A stretch of DNA of 64,000 nt from an uncultured Flavobacteriales bacterium (GTDB taxonomy: Bacteria; Bacteroidota; Bacteroidia; Flavobacteriales_D; CAJJDF01): assembly GCA_964021785.1 (NCBI GenBank), contig CAXIAX010000003.1:1491-65490 (forward strand), read 5' to 3'. Shown piece by piece: positions 49,787-59,486 of this stretch (position 1 is its first letter; each line of letters starts with the position of its first letter). Under the pieces are notes generated by a model that had not been told where the DNA came from, made no database searches, and worked only from the letters and a program-made list of their open reading frames with translations. Position numbers and translations under genes: made by a program.

Positions 49787-50393
49787 ATGCTTTTAATGAT
49801 CTATAAACTTTTTTGGTAAGTAATTTTTTTAAAAAATCTGTCTTACTTTCATTGAATTCCAAAAACGTCCACTCTTGTTTTTCTTTTTCAGAAACAGCAA
49901 CCATAGAAGATTTTCCTTTTATGTAAACCATATCCTTTTCCTCATCTACAGTGACTCCGTTTCCATATGTTTTTCTCATTTCATCTGCAAAAACCTCTAT
50001 GTTATCTGCCATCATTCCACTAAGTTTTACATCTATTACACTGTTGTAAAAAACTCTATGAAATACTTCGTCTCCATTGTACACAGGTGGACTCACAGAT
50101 CTTAATGTAAATGATTTAAAAAACATATCTACCCCCATTTCTTTCAAAGAAGAGAATATCGAAATCATTTGCTCTTTAGAGGCATATTTAAAGATTTCGG
50201 GATAGGTTCTGTCCATTACTCCTTCCCAATTTCCTTTATTCATGTCCTTAAAATACTGGTTCAATTCTTTCTTAATTGTTCCTTTCATTACAGTTTGTTG
50301 AGTCTCTGTAAATGAACTTGAATTAGAATTTGATATTAAATTACAACTTGCAAGTAATATACTGAACAGTATAATTTGGACTATATTTCTCAT
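49773..50393 (-). CDS. lipoprotein of unknown function
   Basis: 206 aa with lipobox ILLASCN. It is packed between folD (1-nt gap) and tag (14-nt overlap). Confidence 0.5.
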   Translation of the reverse strand: MRNIVQIILFSILLASCNLISNSNSSSFTETQQTVMKGTIKKELNQYFKDMNKGNWEGVMDRTYPEIFKYASKEQMISIFSSLKEMGVDMFFKSFTLRSVSPPVYNGDEVFHRVFYNSVIDVKLSGMMADNIEVFADEMRKTYGNGVTVDEEKDMVYIKGKSSMVAVSEKEKQEWTFLEFNESKTDFLKKLLTKKVYRSLKAFDEN

Positions 50394-50394
50394 G

Positions 50395-51267
50395 TTATTT
50401 TCTTTTAGATGCTATTAAAGTATTTTTTAATAAAGATGCAATTGTCATTGGCCCTACTCCTCCTGGAACTGGAGTAATGAAAGAACATTTTTCCGATACT
50501 TCGTCAAATTTCACATCTCCTTTCAAGCAATATCCACTTTTCTTTGTTTTATCTGCAATTCTAGTAATTCCTACATCTATTACTACAGCATTTTCTTTCA
50601 CCATATCTGCTGTAATAAATTCTGGTTTACCTAGAGCCACAATAAGAATATCGGCCATTAAGGTCAATTGCTTTAAATTCACAGTTCGGCTATGCGTTAA
50701 GGTTACTGTACTATTTCCAGGGTAAGAATTTCTTCCCATCATAATACTAATTGGTGCTCCCACAATATTACTTCTTCCTACCACTACACAGTGTTTTCCC
50801 GAAGTCTCTATATTGTATCTTTCCAATAATTGTAAGATACCAAATGGTGTAGCTGGTAAAAATGCTGGTAAATTCAAGGCAGTTCTCCCAATGTTTTCTG
50901 GGTGAAACCCGTCTACATCTTTACTAGGATCAATTGCTTGTGTAACTTTCTTTTCACTAATGTGATCGGGCAAAGGCAATTGAACTATAAAACCATCAAT
51001 TTCATCATTTTTGTTCAATTTATCAATCTTATGAAGCAATTCATCTTCAGAGATAGTATCAGGTAATCTTACCAAAGTACTTTCAAAACCTACACGCTCA
51101 CAAGCTACAACTTTTGCATTCACATAAGTTCTACTCGCTCCGTTATTACCTACCAAGACAGCAGCCAAGTGTGGAATTTTCTTTCCTTTCGATTTCAAAT
51201 ACTCTACTTCCTCTTTAATTTCGTCTTGAATTTCGAGTGAAGTTTTTTTTCCGTCTATTAGTATCAT
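50395..51267 (-). CDS. folD: bifunctional methylenetetrahydrofolate dehydrogenase/cyclohydrolase
   Basis: [36 protein letters not shown] and [11 protein letters not shown]. Confidence 0.9.
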   Translation of the reverse strand: MILIDGKKTSLEIQDEIKEEVEYLKSKGKKIPHLAAVLVGNNGASRTYVNAKVVACERVGFESTLVRLPDTISEDELLHKIDKLNKNDEIDGFIVQLPLPDHISEKKVTQAIDPSKDVDGFHPENIGRTALNLPAFLPATPFGILQLLERYNIETSGKHCVVVGRSNIVGAPISIMMGRNSYPGNSTVTLTHSRTVNLKQLTLMADILIVALGKPEFITADMVKENAVVIDVGITRIADKTKKSGYCLKGDVKFDEVSEKCSFITPVPGGVGPMTIASLLKNTLIASKRK

Positions 51268-51308
51268 TTTGTTTTTGTCTTTAGTCTTTAGTCGTTTGTC
51301 CTTAGTAA

Positions 51309-51731
51309 TTAGTCTAGAAATGGTTTGGGGTAATCTCCAATAAATCTCTCTTGAAAAGATAATAATTCTATTTCTATTTGTCTATTTGTTTTTTTTAAAA
51401 CTTTATAATGTAAACTTATTATTGATTCATTATGATATTTGTACCTAACTTCTATCGTTGAATCATTTAAAAAATCATACACTCCTTCCATCTGTTTTCT
51501 TCTTCCGGATGCACACCAATGATCGTGAGTAAAAAGTATAATTTCCTCTTCATTTACAAATCTAAGACCATGTTTGTTGGGGTGAAAATTAAAACTTTTA
51601 GTATACGTATCATCTTTGAAACTCGAACTTACCCAGCAATTACCTATTAAAACTTTTTGTAAACTTTTCTCTTTTATAAAAGAACTGCTTACAAAAAATA
51701 TCAAAATCGATATGTAAATTATATTTTTCAT
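51309..51731 (-). CDS. small secreted protein of unknown function
   Basis: 140 aa with the N-terminal hydrophobic signal [18 protein letters not shown]. Confidence 0.45.
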   Translation of the reverse strand: MKNIIYISILIFFVSSSFIKEKSLQKVLIGNCWVSSSFKDDTYTKSFNFHPNKHGLRFVNEEEIILFTHDHWCASGRRKQMEGVYDFLNDSTIEVRYKYHNESIISLHYKVLKKTNRQIEIELLSFQERFIGDYPKPFLD

Positions 51732-51753
51732 TTATTAATCAAACTATCTTCAT

Positions 51754-51780
51754 CAGTCATCCTGAATTCATTTCAGGATC
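51754..51780. repeat. GTCATCCTGAA...TTCAGGATC hairpin repeat
   Basis: cagtcatcctgaattcatttcaggatc has a perfect 8-bp stem (atcctgaa/ttcaggat). It is followed by a 14-nt perfect palindrome, ccgatagctatcgg. Confidence 0.55.
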
Positions 51781-51867
51781 TTTATTCATTGAACTATTAC
51801 CTGAGAATACTTTGTGAAATATTCTTTGTGAGATCCTCAATCTCTTCCGATAGCTATCGGGATAACT

Positions 51868-53217
51868 TTACTGCATTCCTCCTCCTCTTTGCATTTGTTT
51901 CATCTGCTTCATCATTCCCATCATTCCTTTCTTGTTGTTCATCATTTGCATCATTTTGCTCGTATCTTTGAACTGTTTCAGCAATTTATTTACTTCTTGA
52001 ATGTTTGTTCCACTCCCTTTTGCAATCCTTTGCTTTCTTGTTCCGTTAAGCACAGTTGGGTTCTCTCTTTCGTGTGGAGTCATAGATAAAATAATAGCTT
52101 CTATTCCTTTAAAAGCATCTTCATCAATATCCGCATCTTTTATTTGCTTGCTCACACCAGGAATCATTCCCATCAAGTCTTTCATGTTACCCATTTTCTT
52201 TATCTGCTGTAGCTGACCAAGAAAATCATTGAAGTCAAATTTGTTTTTAGCAATTTTGGCTTGAAGCTTTTTAGCTTCTTCTTCATCAAATTGTTGTTGT
52301 ACTTTTTCTACCAAAGACACAACATCTCCCATACCCAATATTCTGTCTGCCATTCTACTTGGATGAAATACATCCAAAGCTTCCATTTTTTCTCCGGTAC
52401 CAATAAATTTAATTGGTTTGTTTACTACAGATTTAATAGAAATTGCTGCTCCACCTCTTGTATCTCCATCTAGTTTTGTAAGGATAACTCCTGTAAAATC
52501 TAAACGGTCGTTAAATGTTTTTGCAGTGTTTACAGCATCTTGTCCTGTCATAGAATCAACTACAAACAAAATCTCTTGAGGATTAATCGTATTCTTTATT
52601 TCCTCAATCTCGTTCATCATTTTCTCATCCACAGCCAATCGACCTGCCGTATCAATGATTACCGAATTAAATCCATTTTGTTTTGCGTGAGCTACTGCAG
52701 CTTCAGCAATTTTTACTGGATTTTTTTCTTCTTTGTTAGAATATACTTCAATTCCTAATTGGTCTCCCAATACATGCAATTGGTCTATTGCCGCAGGACG
52801 ATATACATCACAGGCTGCTAATAATACTTTTTTCTTCTTTTTGTCTGTTAAGAATTTTGCTAATTTCCCTGAGTGAGTTGTCTTACCAGAACCCTGAAGA
52901 CCTGCCATCAAAATAATAGACGGATTTCCTTGTAAATTTAATTCTTCGCTCTCGCTCCCCATTAATTTTGTAAGCTCTTCATTGGTGATTTTTATCATCA
53001 ACTGTCCAGGAGATATTGCACTTAATACATTTTGTCCTAAAGCTTTTTCCTTTATTGTACTCGTAAATTCTTTTGCCGTTTTATAGTTAACATCAGCATC
53101 TACCAGTGCTCTACGAATTTCTTTTACCGTTTCGGCAACATTAATTTCCGTAATCTGCCCCTGCCCTTTTAATACTTTAAAGGCTCTTTCTAACTTGTCG
53201 GATAAATTGTCAAACAT
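51868..53217 (-). CDS. ffh: signal recognition particle protein Ffh
   Basis: MFDNLSDKLERAFK, GLQGSGKTT, DTAGR, and the Met-rich M domain and tail. Confidence 0.95.
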   Translation of the reverse strand: MFDNLSDKLERAFKVLKGQGQITEINVAETVKEIRRALVDADVNYKTAKEFTSTIKEKALGQNVLSAISPGQLMIKITNEELTKLMGSESEELNLQGNPSIILMAGLQGSGKTTHSGKLAKFLTDKKKKKVLLAACDVYRPAAIDQLHVLGDQLGIEVYSNKEEKNPVKIAEAAVAHAKQNGFNSVIIDTAGRLAVDEKMMNEIEEIKNTINPQEILFVVDSMTGQDAVNTAKTFNDRLDFTGVILTKLDGDTRGGAAISIKSVVNKPIKFIGTGEKMEALDVFHPSRMADRILGMGDVVSLVEKVQQQFDEEEAKKLQAKIAKNKFDFNDFLGQLQQIKKMGNMKDLMGMIPGVSKQIKDADIDEDAFKGIEAIILSMTPHERENPTVLNGTRKQRIAKGSGTNIQEVNKLLKQFKDTSKMMQMMNNKKGMMGMMKQMKQMQRGGGMQ

Positions 53218-53242
53218 ATTTTATTTTTTTTATTCTGTTCTT

Positions 53243-53361
53243 GTTCTCGATACTATTTTAATCAGTTACCACTCCTTAAAATCACTCGAACTGACAAATT
53301 AATTGATTGCCTGCTCGAGTGGTTTGAAATTGCGATAGCTATTTCAACATGTATCGAGAAC
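53243..53361. repeat. two copies of the intergenic repeat family in inverted orientation
   Basis: gttctcgatac (53243-53253) and gtatcgagaac (53351-53361) are perfect 11-nt inverted repeats. The inner cactcgaactgaca and ctgctcgagtgg halves mirror each other. The element lies between argS and ffh. Confidence 0.7.
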
Positions 53362-53384
53362 TATTTTTATTAATACAAATATAA

Positions 53385-55139
53385 CTACATTTTTTCAGGA
53401 ACGTTTATTCCTAATAAATTCATTGTAAACTCTACTGTTTCTGCTACTTGTTTAGTAAGCAATAATCTTAAATTTTGTTTATTCTCGTCTTCTTCTTTAA
53501 ATATTGATACAGATTGATAAAATGAATTATACAATTTCACCAATTCATAAGTGTAATTAGAAACCAAGGCTGGACTTTGATTTTTTCCTGCTTCGTTTAT
53601 CATCTCTGGTAATCCTACCAAATGCTTAATGATATCCAATTCACTTTTTTCTATTTCAGTTTCAATTCCTATAGTTCCACTTGCTGTTTGCTTTCTCAAT
53701 ATAGATTGAGTTCTAGCATACGTATATTGGATAAAAGGCCCTGTGTTTCCGTTCAAATCAATTGATTCTTCTGGGTTAAACATCATAGATTTTCTTGGGT
53801 CTACTTTCAGTAAATAATACTTCAATCCTCCCAAACCTATTGTTTTGTACAACTCAGCTTTTTGCTCTTCATTCATTCCTTCAAGATGACCTCTTTCCTC
53901 TGCAATTGCTTTGGCATCATCTATTACATCCTGCATCAAATCATCTGCATCTACTACCGTTCCCTCTCTCGATTTCATTCTTCCGGTTGGTAAATTTACC
54001 ATTCCGTAAGATAAATGAGAACACTCATTTGCAAACGAATATCCTAATTTTTTCAATATCACAAACAATACCTTAAAATGGTGGTCTTGCTCATTTCCTA
54101 CTGTATAAATCATCCCTGTTGTATTAGGATAATCTTTAAATCGTTCTACTGCTGTCCCAATATCTTGAGTCATATAAACTGAAGTTCCATCTCCTCTCAA
54201 CAGTAATTTATCATCCATTTTCTCATCAGATAAATCACACCATACAGAACCGTCTTCTTTTTTGTACAATACCTTTTTCTCCAATCCCTCTTCTACTATA
54301 TCCTTACCAAGAATGTAAGTTTCACTTTCGTAATACAATTTATCAAAATTCACTCCCATTGTATCGTAAGTAACAGCAAATCCTTCGTACACCCAGCTGT
54401 TCATTGTTTTCCACAATTCCACTGTTTTGGGGTCATTGTTTTCCCACTTCATTAGCATCTCTTGAGCTTCAATAAGAATTGGAGCTTGTTTTTCTGCTTC
54501 CTCTTTCGTCTTTCCTGCTTCAAGTAATTCTGCTATTTCTTCTTTGTACTTTTTATCAAAAGCCACATAGTATTTACCTACTAATTTGTCGCCTTTCAAT
54601 CCAGAAGATGCTGGAGTTTCTCCGTTTCCAAATTTTTCCCAAGCCAACATAGATTTACAAATGTGAATTCCTCTATCATTTATGATTTGAGTTTTCACTA
54701 CTTCATGCCCGTTTGCTTTCAAAATCTCTGCGACCGAATACCCAAGAAAATTATTTCTTAAATGTCCTAAATGCAAAGGTTTGTTGGTATTGGGGGAAGA
54801 ATATTCAACTATATAAGTTTTTCCAGAAGTATTATGTTTTCCATAATTTTCTGTTTCTAGAACTGTATTAAACTGCTCTAACCAATATTTTGAGTCTATT
54901 TCTAGATTCAAAAAACCTTTAACCACATTAAATCCAGTAATCATTGGAATTTCTTTTTGTAAAAATTCTCCAATAAAATTACCCGACTCTACAGGGTTCT
55001 TTTTTGTAATCCTCAATAACGGAAATACTACCAATGTCATATCTCCTTCAAATTCAGCTCTTGTCTTCTGTATTTGAATAAGATTATCAGTTAACTCAGG
55101 ATACAATCCTTTCAGTTTATTTCCAATTAATTCTTGCAT
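53385..55139 (-). CDS. argS: arginine--tRNA ligase
   Basis: SSPNTNKPLHLGHLRN (HIGH region), the class I core, and the C-terminal anticodon-binding DALR-type domain. Confidence 0.95.
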   Translation of the reverse strand: MQELIGNKLKGLYPELTDNLIQIQKTRAEFEGDMTLVVFPLLRITKKNPVESGNFIGEFLQKEIPMITGFNVVKGFLNLEIDSKYWLEQFNTVLETENYGKHNTSGKTYIVEYSSPNTNKPLHLGHLRNNFLGYSVAEILKANGHEVVKTQIINDRGIHICKSMLAWEKFGNGETPASSGLKGDKLVGKYYVAFDKKYKEEIAELLEAGKTKEEAEKQAPILIEAQEMLMKWENNDPKTVELWKTMNSWVYEGFAVTYDTMGVNFDKLYYESETYILGKDIVEEGLEKKVLYKKEDGSVWCDLSDEKMDDKLLLRGDGTSVYMTQDIGTAVERFKDYPNTTGMIYTVGNEQDHHFKVLFVILKKLGYSFANECSHLSYGMVNLPTGRMKSREGTVVDADDLMQDVIDDAKAIAEERGHLEGMNEEQKAELYKTIGLGGLKYYLLKVDPRKSMMFNPEESIDLNGNTGPFIQYTYARTQSILRKQTASGTIGIETEIEKSELDIIKHLVGLPEMINEAGKNQSPALVSNYTYELVKLYNSFYQSVSIFKEEDENKQNLRLLLTKQVAETVEFTMNLLGINVPEKM

Positions 55140-55163
55140 AAAATAGGTTCTTTATTTTCTTTG

Positions 55164-55171
55164 CAAATATA
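55164..55171 (-). promoter_or_regulatory. -7 box TAnnTTTG upstream of argS
   Basis: The minus strand reads tatatttg, about 24 nt before the start at 55139. Confidence 0.4.
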
Positions 55172-55278
55172 GGATTTGTAAAGGAATTTTAATCAAAATA
55201 TAGGTTCCAATTCTTATAAAAGTGTCATAATATGTGATACTATTTCCTAAATTCAATTATTTAATTAATCCTTATCCT

Positions 55279-55286
55279 TACTTTTG
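55279..55286 (+). promoter_or_regulatory. -7 box TAnnTTTG upstream of the MtfA-like gene
   Basis: tacttttg lies 18 nt before ATG 55304. Confidence 0.4.
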
Positions 55287-55303
55287 AAAAACAAAAATTC
55301 TCT

Positions 55304-56104
55304 ATGGAACAATTAATAATGGTTGCTGTAATTCTTATCATTCTCTATTTTGTGGTAAAAATTAGTTCCAAGATCCCTTCAAAACTAGCGATTGAAACAG
55401 AAGCGAAACAACTTCAAAACGACAAATCCTTATCTGAAGAATGGAAAAACACATTGACCAAAAAGGTTGGTTTTTATAAAAAGCTGAATCAAGAAGAAAA
55501 AACAAATTTTGAACAAAGAGTCTTAGCTTTTTTGAATGACATTACCATTACAGGTGTAGATTGTGAGGTAGAAGAATTGGATAGAATTTTGATTGCATCT
55601 AGCGCTATTATTCCTGTATTTCATTTCCCAAACTGGAAATACAGAAACTTAGATGAGGTACTACTTTACCCTCTCCCTTTCAATGCACAATTTAGCACAG
55701 AAGGAGAAGACACTCATATACAAGGCATGGTTGGAAACGGTTTTATGAATGGAAAAATGATTTTATCTAAAACTTCTTTACGCCAAGGATTTCAGGCAGA
55801 GCTAGACAAAAAGAATGTAGGTATTCACGAATTTGTACATTTAATAGATGGAGAGGATGGAGCCATAGATGGAATCCCTAAGGTATTAATGACTCAGCAA
55901 TTTGTATTACCCTGGATGAACTTAATCTATAAAAAAGTAGATGAAATTGAAGATAACAAGTCCGACATTAGATTATATGGAGCAACAAACGAGCAAGAAT
56001 TTTTAGCCGTAGCTTCAGAGTATTTTTTCGAACATCATATTCAATTCAAAAAGAAACATCCAGAACTTTATTCTATCCTAGATTATTTCTATTCTGCAAA
56101 ATAA
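55304..56104 (+). CDS. MtfA/M90-like zinc-dependent peptidase with N-terminal TM anchor
   Basis: GIHEFVHLIDGEDGAIDG (HExxH) and EQEFLAVASEYFFE...HPELYSILDYFY. Confidence 0.75.
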   Translation: MEQLIMVAVILIILYFVVKISSKIPSKLAIETEAKQLQNDKSLSEEWKNTLTKKVGFYKKLNQEEKTNFEQRVLAFLNDITITGVDCEVEELDRILIASSAIIPVFHFPNWKYRNLDEVLLYPLPFNAQFSTEGEDTHIQGMVGNGFMNGKMILSKTSLRQGFQAELDKKNVGIHEFVHLIDGEDGAIDGIPKVLMTQQFVLPWMNLIYKKVDEIEDNKSDIRLYGATNEQEFLAVASEYFFEHHIQFKKKHPELYSILDYFYSAK

Positions 56105-56138
56105 AAAAAAGGCTTTGTTATAAAACAGAGCCTTTTTT
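56103..56138. terminator. bidirectional terminator between the MtfA-like gene and T9SS paralog 1
   Basis: aaaaaaaaggctttgttataaaacagagcctttttt: a 9-bp stem with one G-U pair, flanked by A and T runs. Confidence 0.8.
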
Positions 56139-56159
56139 AGTTATTACTTATTTCTCACT

Positions 56160-57710
56160 TTATCTAAACATAGTCAAAGGGAAATTCTGTGTCACTTCTC
56201 GTCCTCCATAATATCCTTGCAGAACCACAAAATATGAACCTGCTGATAAATCTTTCCCATTTTTATCTTTTCCATCCCATTCGAAATTAGCATTGGGAGA
56301 ATCAAAAACTAATTGTCCCCACCTGTTGTATATTCTAACATTCAACAAATCGTAACACTTATCATATGCTTCCTTTTTTAAAAAATATTTATCATTTACT
56401 CCGTCTCCGTTAGGAGAAAAAACATTGGGTACAGAATGAGTATATTCTGCTCTATCTACAGTTATAGGTACTCGCTTATAAATAGAATCACTATTTCCTG
56501 AACAACCTATGGAATAGCCATAAAACTCAACATAGAAGCTATCAATACTAATGATGTCACATACGGTAGGTGTCCAGCAAAACTCCACTCCCACTTCTCC
56601 TACTCCAAGAAACAAATTCCCCGACAAATCCGTAACTGCAACACCTGATGTTGTAGTAATTACTCCTGATGCATTTTTCCAAGTATAAGTTGAATCCGAG
56701 GCAACACCTACTTTTGCGCCATAAGCAAAGGCATTGGAATTAACCTGAAGATAAAAAGTATCAGAGAAATCGCGATCTACAGCTAAAACATCAAAGCAAG
56801 TATCTTTTTCAAATTTAATTGAAATAGGATCTTCAGAAATATCAAACACTGGTGGTAAATCGTAATTACAGTTTAGCGATTTCACGACCATGTCACGAAT
56901 TACTTCCCCTATTTTTATTCCGTTCCTAAACTCTTCGCACTTCACAGCTATAACGTATTCACCCAACATCCCTGTTCTACCGGTAACAATACCTGTATTT
57001 GGGTTTATTACACAACTTGTTCCTGGGCCCAAAATATTTAACAAATTATGACTAGCTGTCCAATTAACTAGAATAAAAGGTTTTGTTCCTCCAGGCTGAG
57101 TATTATCAAATGGCGTAATCAATGAATAGACTAGGCTATCTCCATCTGGATCTATACAAGAAAAATCTATTTCCTTTTCGTTTCCAACGCATAAATACGC
57201 ATCTTTTGGGTAGTCTATAAATTTAGGAGAAGAGTTCCCTGCAATTAATGCAGGATCTGGAATTTGAGCATACCAAATATTAGAAGACGAACTTAATACA
57301 TTAAGTATAGAATTACTTCTATTGGGAGGTGTTCTGTATGAGAAATAATATCCATTGGCGTAATCAGGCAATGTAACAGTGGTAACAAAAAGTCCCACAG
57401 AAACGCACAATCCTACTTGAGCATTACTAAAACAAGCGTCTCCAAAAACAAGAGTATCTATAAGTCCTATTCTAGGAGCCGTAATGGTACTCCCCACTTG
57501 TGTGTTACTTATATTTTGAAAGAATCTTAAACTAATACTTGTAGGCATTGCTGAACCTCCTCCATCACATTTTCTATAAAATTTGGCACTTATTCTAAAC
57601 GTATTTCTTCCTATCTGTTCTACCCATGAGTCTCCACCAACAATATGGTTAGAGGTTGCAGTAAAATTTACTCCTCCAAGCAGGAGCATAATGATTATTA
57701 GCTTTTTCAT
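56160..57710 (-). CDS. T9SS cargo with type B (gliding-motility-associated) C-terminal sorting domain; paralog 1
   Basis: Signal peptide, NHIVGGD start, DPDGDSLVYSL cadherin-like loop. The C-terminus is VPNVFSPNGDGVNDKYF...IYNRWGQLVF...FEWDGKDKNGKDLSAGSYFVVL. Confidence 0.8.
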   Translation of the reverse strand: MKKLIIIMLLLGGVNFTATSNHIVGGDSWVEQIGRNTFRISAKFYRKCDGGGSAMPTSISLRFFQNISNTQVGSTITAPRIGLIDTLVFGDACFSNAQVGLCVSVGLFVTTVTLPDYANGYYFSYRTPPNRSNSILNVLSSSSNIWYAQIPDPALIAGNSSPKFIDYPKDAYLCVGNEKEIDFSCIDPDGDSLVYSLITPFDNTQPGGTKPFILVNWTASHNLLNILGPGTSCVINPNTGIVTGRTGMLGEYVIAVKCEEFRNGIKIGEVIRDMVVKSLNCNYDLPPVFDISEDPISIKFEKDTCFDVLAVDRDFSDTFYLQVNSNAFAYGAKVGVASDSTYTWKNASGVITTTSGVAVTDLSGNLFLGVGEVGVEFCWTPTVCDIISIDSFYVEFYGYSIGCSGNSDSIYKRVPITVDRAEYTHSVPNVFSPNGDGVNDKYFLKKEAYDKCYDLLNVRIYNRWGQLVFDSPNANFEWDGKDKNGKDLSAGSYFVVLQGYYGGREVTQNFPLTMFR

Positions 57711-57844
57711 AATTATTTGGTTTTGATTAATAACCTAAAATTATGACATAACTAACTTATATTTAGACGATTTTCATGAGTGCACTATTATTCTTTTTAA
57801 AGTAAAATAAGCTTCTTTTTTATAAAAAATATTGGGACTTTCAC

Positions 57845-57881
57845 AAAAAAAAAGGCTCTCTGTAAAAACAGAGAGCCTTTT
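57845..57881 (-). terminator. rho-independent terminator after T9SS paralog 2
   Basis: ggctctctg taaaaa cagagagcc is a perfect 9-bp stem with a T-run on the minus strand. It is related in sequence to the 56103-56138 terminator. Confidence 0.8.
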
Positions 57882-57903
57882 GTAAATAAATTTTTACTTT
57901 TTG

Positions 57904-59445
57904 TTATCTAAACAAAGTAAGAGGGAAATTTTGTGTCACCTCTTCTCCTCCGTAGTATCCTTGAAGGATTACAAAGTATGATCCTGCTGATAGTGGATTT
58001 CCACTTTCATCATTACCGTCCCACTCAAATTTAGCATCTTCTGATTCGTAAACTAATTGTCCCCATCTGTTATAAACTCTTATATTAAGTGCGTCATAAC
58101 ATCTGTCGTAAGCATCTTTTTTAAGGTAGAATAAATCATTTACACCATCTCCATTTGGAGAAAATACATTCGGTACATTATATGAGTATGTAGCTCTTTG
58201 AATAGGAATTGAAACTCTACTTCTTACCGTATCTTTAGAAGCGTCACATCCTATGGAGTAACCTAAAGCTTCTACATAAAAACTATCTACTGTTAAGATA
58301 TCACAGTTATCAAGGTTCCAACAGAAACGTGCTCCTACTGTTCCATCTCCCATAAATTCTGTAGCTGTGATTTGAGTTACATTTACATTGTTAGCTGTAT
58401 CAATTCCACTAGCCATAGTTGCGTCCTCCCATTCAAAATCATAGTTACCTGCTGCATTTGGTGTAGGCAATGAAATTGTTGCGCCAAAATCATAAGCATT
58501 TGATAAAATTGAAATAAAGAATGTATCCTGAGCATCCCTATCTGAAGCTACGATATCAAAACATCCTTCATCATCAAATGATAATACTTGTACAGTTGGG
58601 AAGTTTTCAAAACTTGGTAAAGTATTATAGCTACAGTTAAGTGCATAATATTGTAAATCTCTAATTAACTCTCCAATTCTCACTCCATTTCTCCATTCTG
58701 TACATTTTACCGAAATAGTATAAGTTCCTAACTGTGCTGGTCTTGCCCATACACATCCTGTAACTGCATCAATAGTACAACTACTTCCTGGCCCTAATAT
58801 ATTTTGCATGTTATAACCCGGGCTAAAAGCTAAATAATTTGGTACACAGTTTGTCCAATCTTCAATTGGATTTACCAATTCATAAGAAAGACTATCTCCA
58901 TCAGGATCTACAGCTGCAAAATTAATACACTTTAAGTTGTTTACACAAAAGTATCCATCAGTAGGGTAATCTACAAATCTTGGTGTACTGTTTCCTTGAG
59001 CCAATGCTGGATCCGGAATATGAGTATATAAACCTACATTTCCTGCTCCCATGTTTGTAAGAGTTGGTCTACAACACAAATCCCACATTACTTTATATCC
59101 ATTTGGATTATTTGGTAAGTTGGCAATTGTTCCTGTATATTCAATTTGTTCTACTTCACTCCCAGTTGGTGGAGTATAACACTCATCTCCAAAAGGAATT
59201 ACAAATCTATTTACTTCGTTTACTGTTACAGAAGTTCCGAAAGCACAAGTTACCTGATCTCTAATATCAAAAGTTTGAGGACCAGTTAAGTTTGCTCCAG
59301 ATAAGAATCTAAACAATCTAGCGTATACCGTATAAGAGTTTGGTCCGGTCTGTACAAATCTAATGTCTCCTCCTACTCCATGGGTAGCATTCGAATTAAA
59401 AGAAAATAAACTTACGAGTGTAAGTAATAAAAGTATTTTTTTCAT
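57904..59445 (-). CDS. T9SS cargo with type B C-terminal sorting domain; paralog 2
   Basis: Collinear with paralog 1 (THGVGGD, IPDPALAQGNSTPRFVDYP, DPDGDSLSYEL). The C-terminus is VPNVFSPNGDGVNDLFY...VYNRWGQLVY...FEWDGNDESGNPLSAGSYFVIL. Confidence 0.8.
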   Translation of the reverse strand: MKKILLLLTLVSLFSFNSNATHGVGGDIRFVQTGPNSYTVYARLFRFLSGANLTGPQTFDIRDQVTCAFGTSVTVNEVNRFVIPFGDECYTPPTGSEVEQIEYTGTIANLPNNPNGYKVMWDLCCRPTLTNMGAGNVGLYTHIPDPALAQGNSTPRFVDYPTDGYFCVNNLKCINFAAVDPDGDSLSYELVNPIEDWTNCVPNYLAFSPGYNMQNILGPGSSCTIDAVTGCVWARPAQLGTYTISVKCTEWRNGVRIGELIRDLQYYALNCSYNTLPSFENFPTVQVLSFDDEGCFDIVASDRDAQDTFFISILSNAYDFGATISLPTPNAAGNYDFEWEDATMASGIDTANNVNVTQITATEFMGDGTVGARFCWNLDNCDILTVDSFYVEALGYSIGCDASKDTVRSRVSIPIQRATYSYNVPNVFSPNGDGVNDLFYLKKDAYDRCYDALNIRVYNRWGQLVYESEDAKFEWDGNDESGNPLSAGSYFVILQGYYGGEEVTQNFPLTLFR

Positions 59446-59478
59446 AGCTCTATTTTATTTAATAAAAATTTATTGTCT

Positions 59479-59486
59479 CAAATATA
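59479..59486 (-). promoter_or_regulatory. -7 box TAnnTTTG upstream of T9SS paralog 2
   Basis: The minus strand reads tatatttg, about 33 nt before the start at 59445. It lies downstream of the 21-bp-spaced direct repeat. Confidence 0.4.

Noticed and set aside
51889-52758. Cluster of 66-72-aa plus-strand ORFs (also 38053..38502, 21644..21977, 24142..24728 and similar)
   Set aside because: All are antisense to strongly supported genes (ffh, the rhomboid, the M43 cargo, GT2). They have biased shadow-frame composition and no homology I recognise.
53243-53361. Inverted repeat pair as an IS element or active MITE
   Set aside because: There is no transposase ORF and the element is only about 120 bp. 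I cannot see target-site duplications. I kept it as a REP/MITE-like repeat, not a called mobile element.
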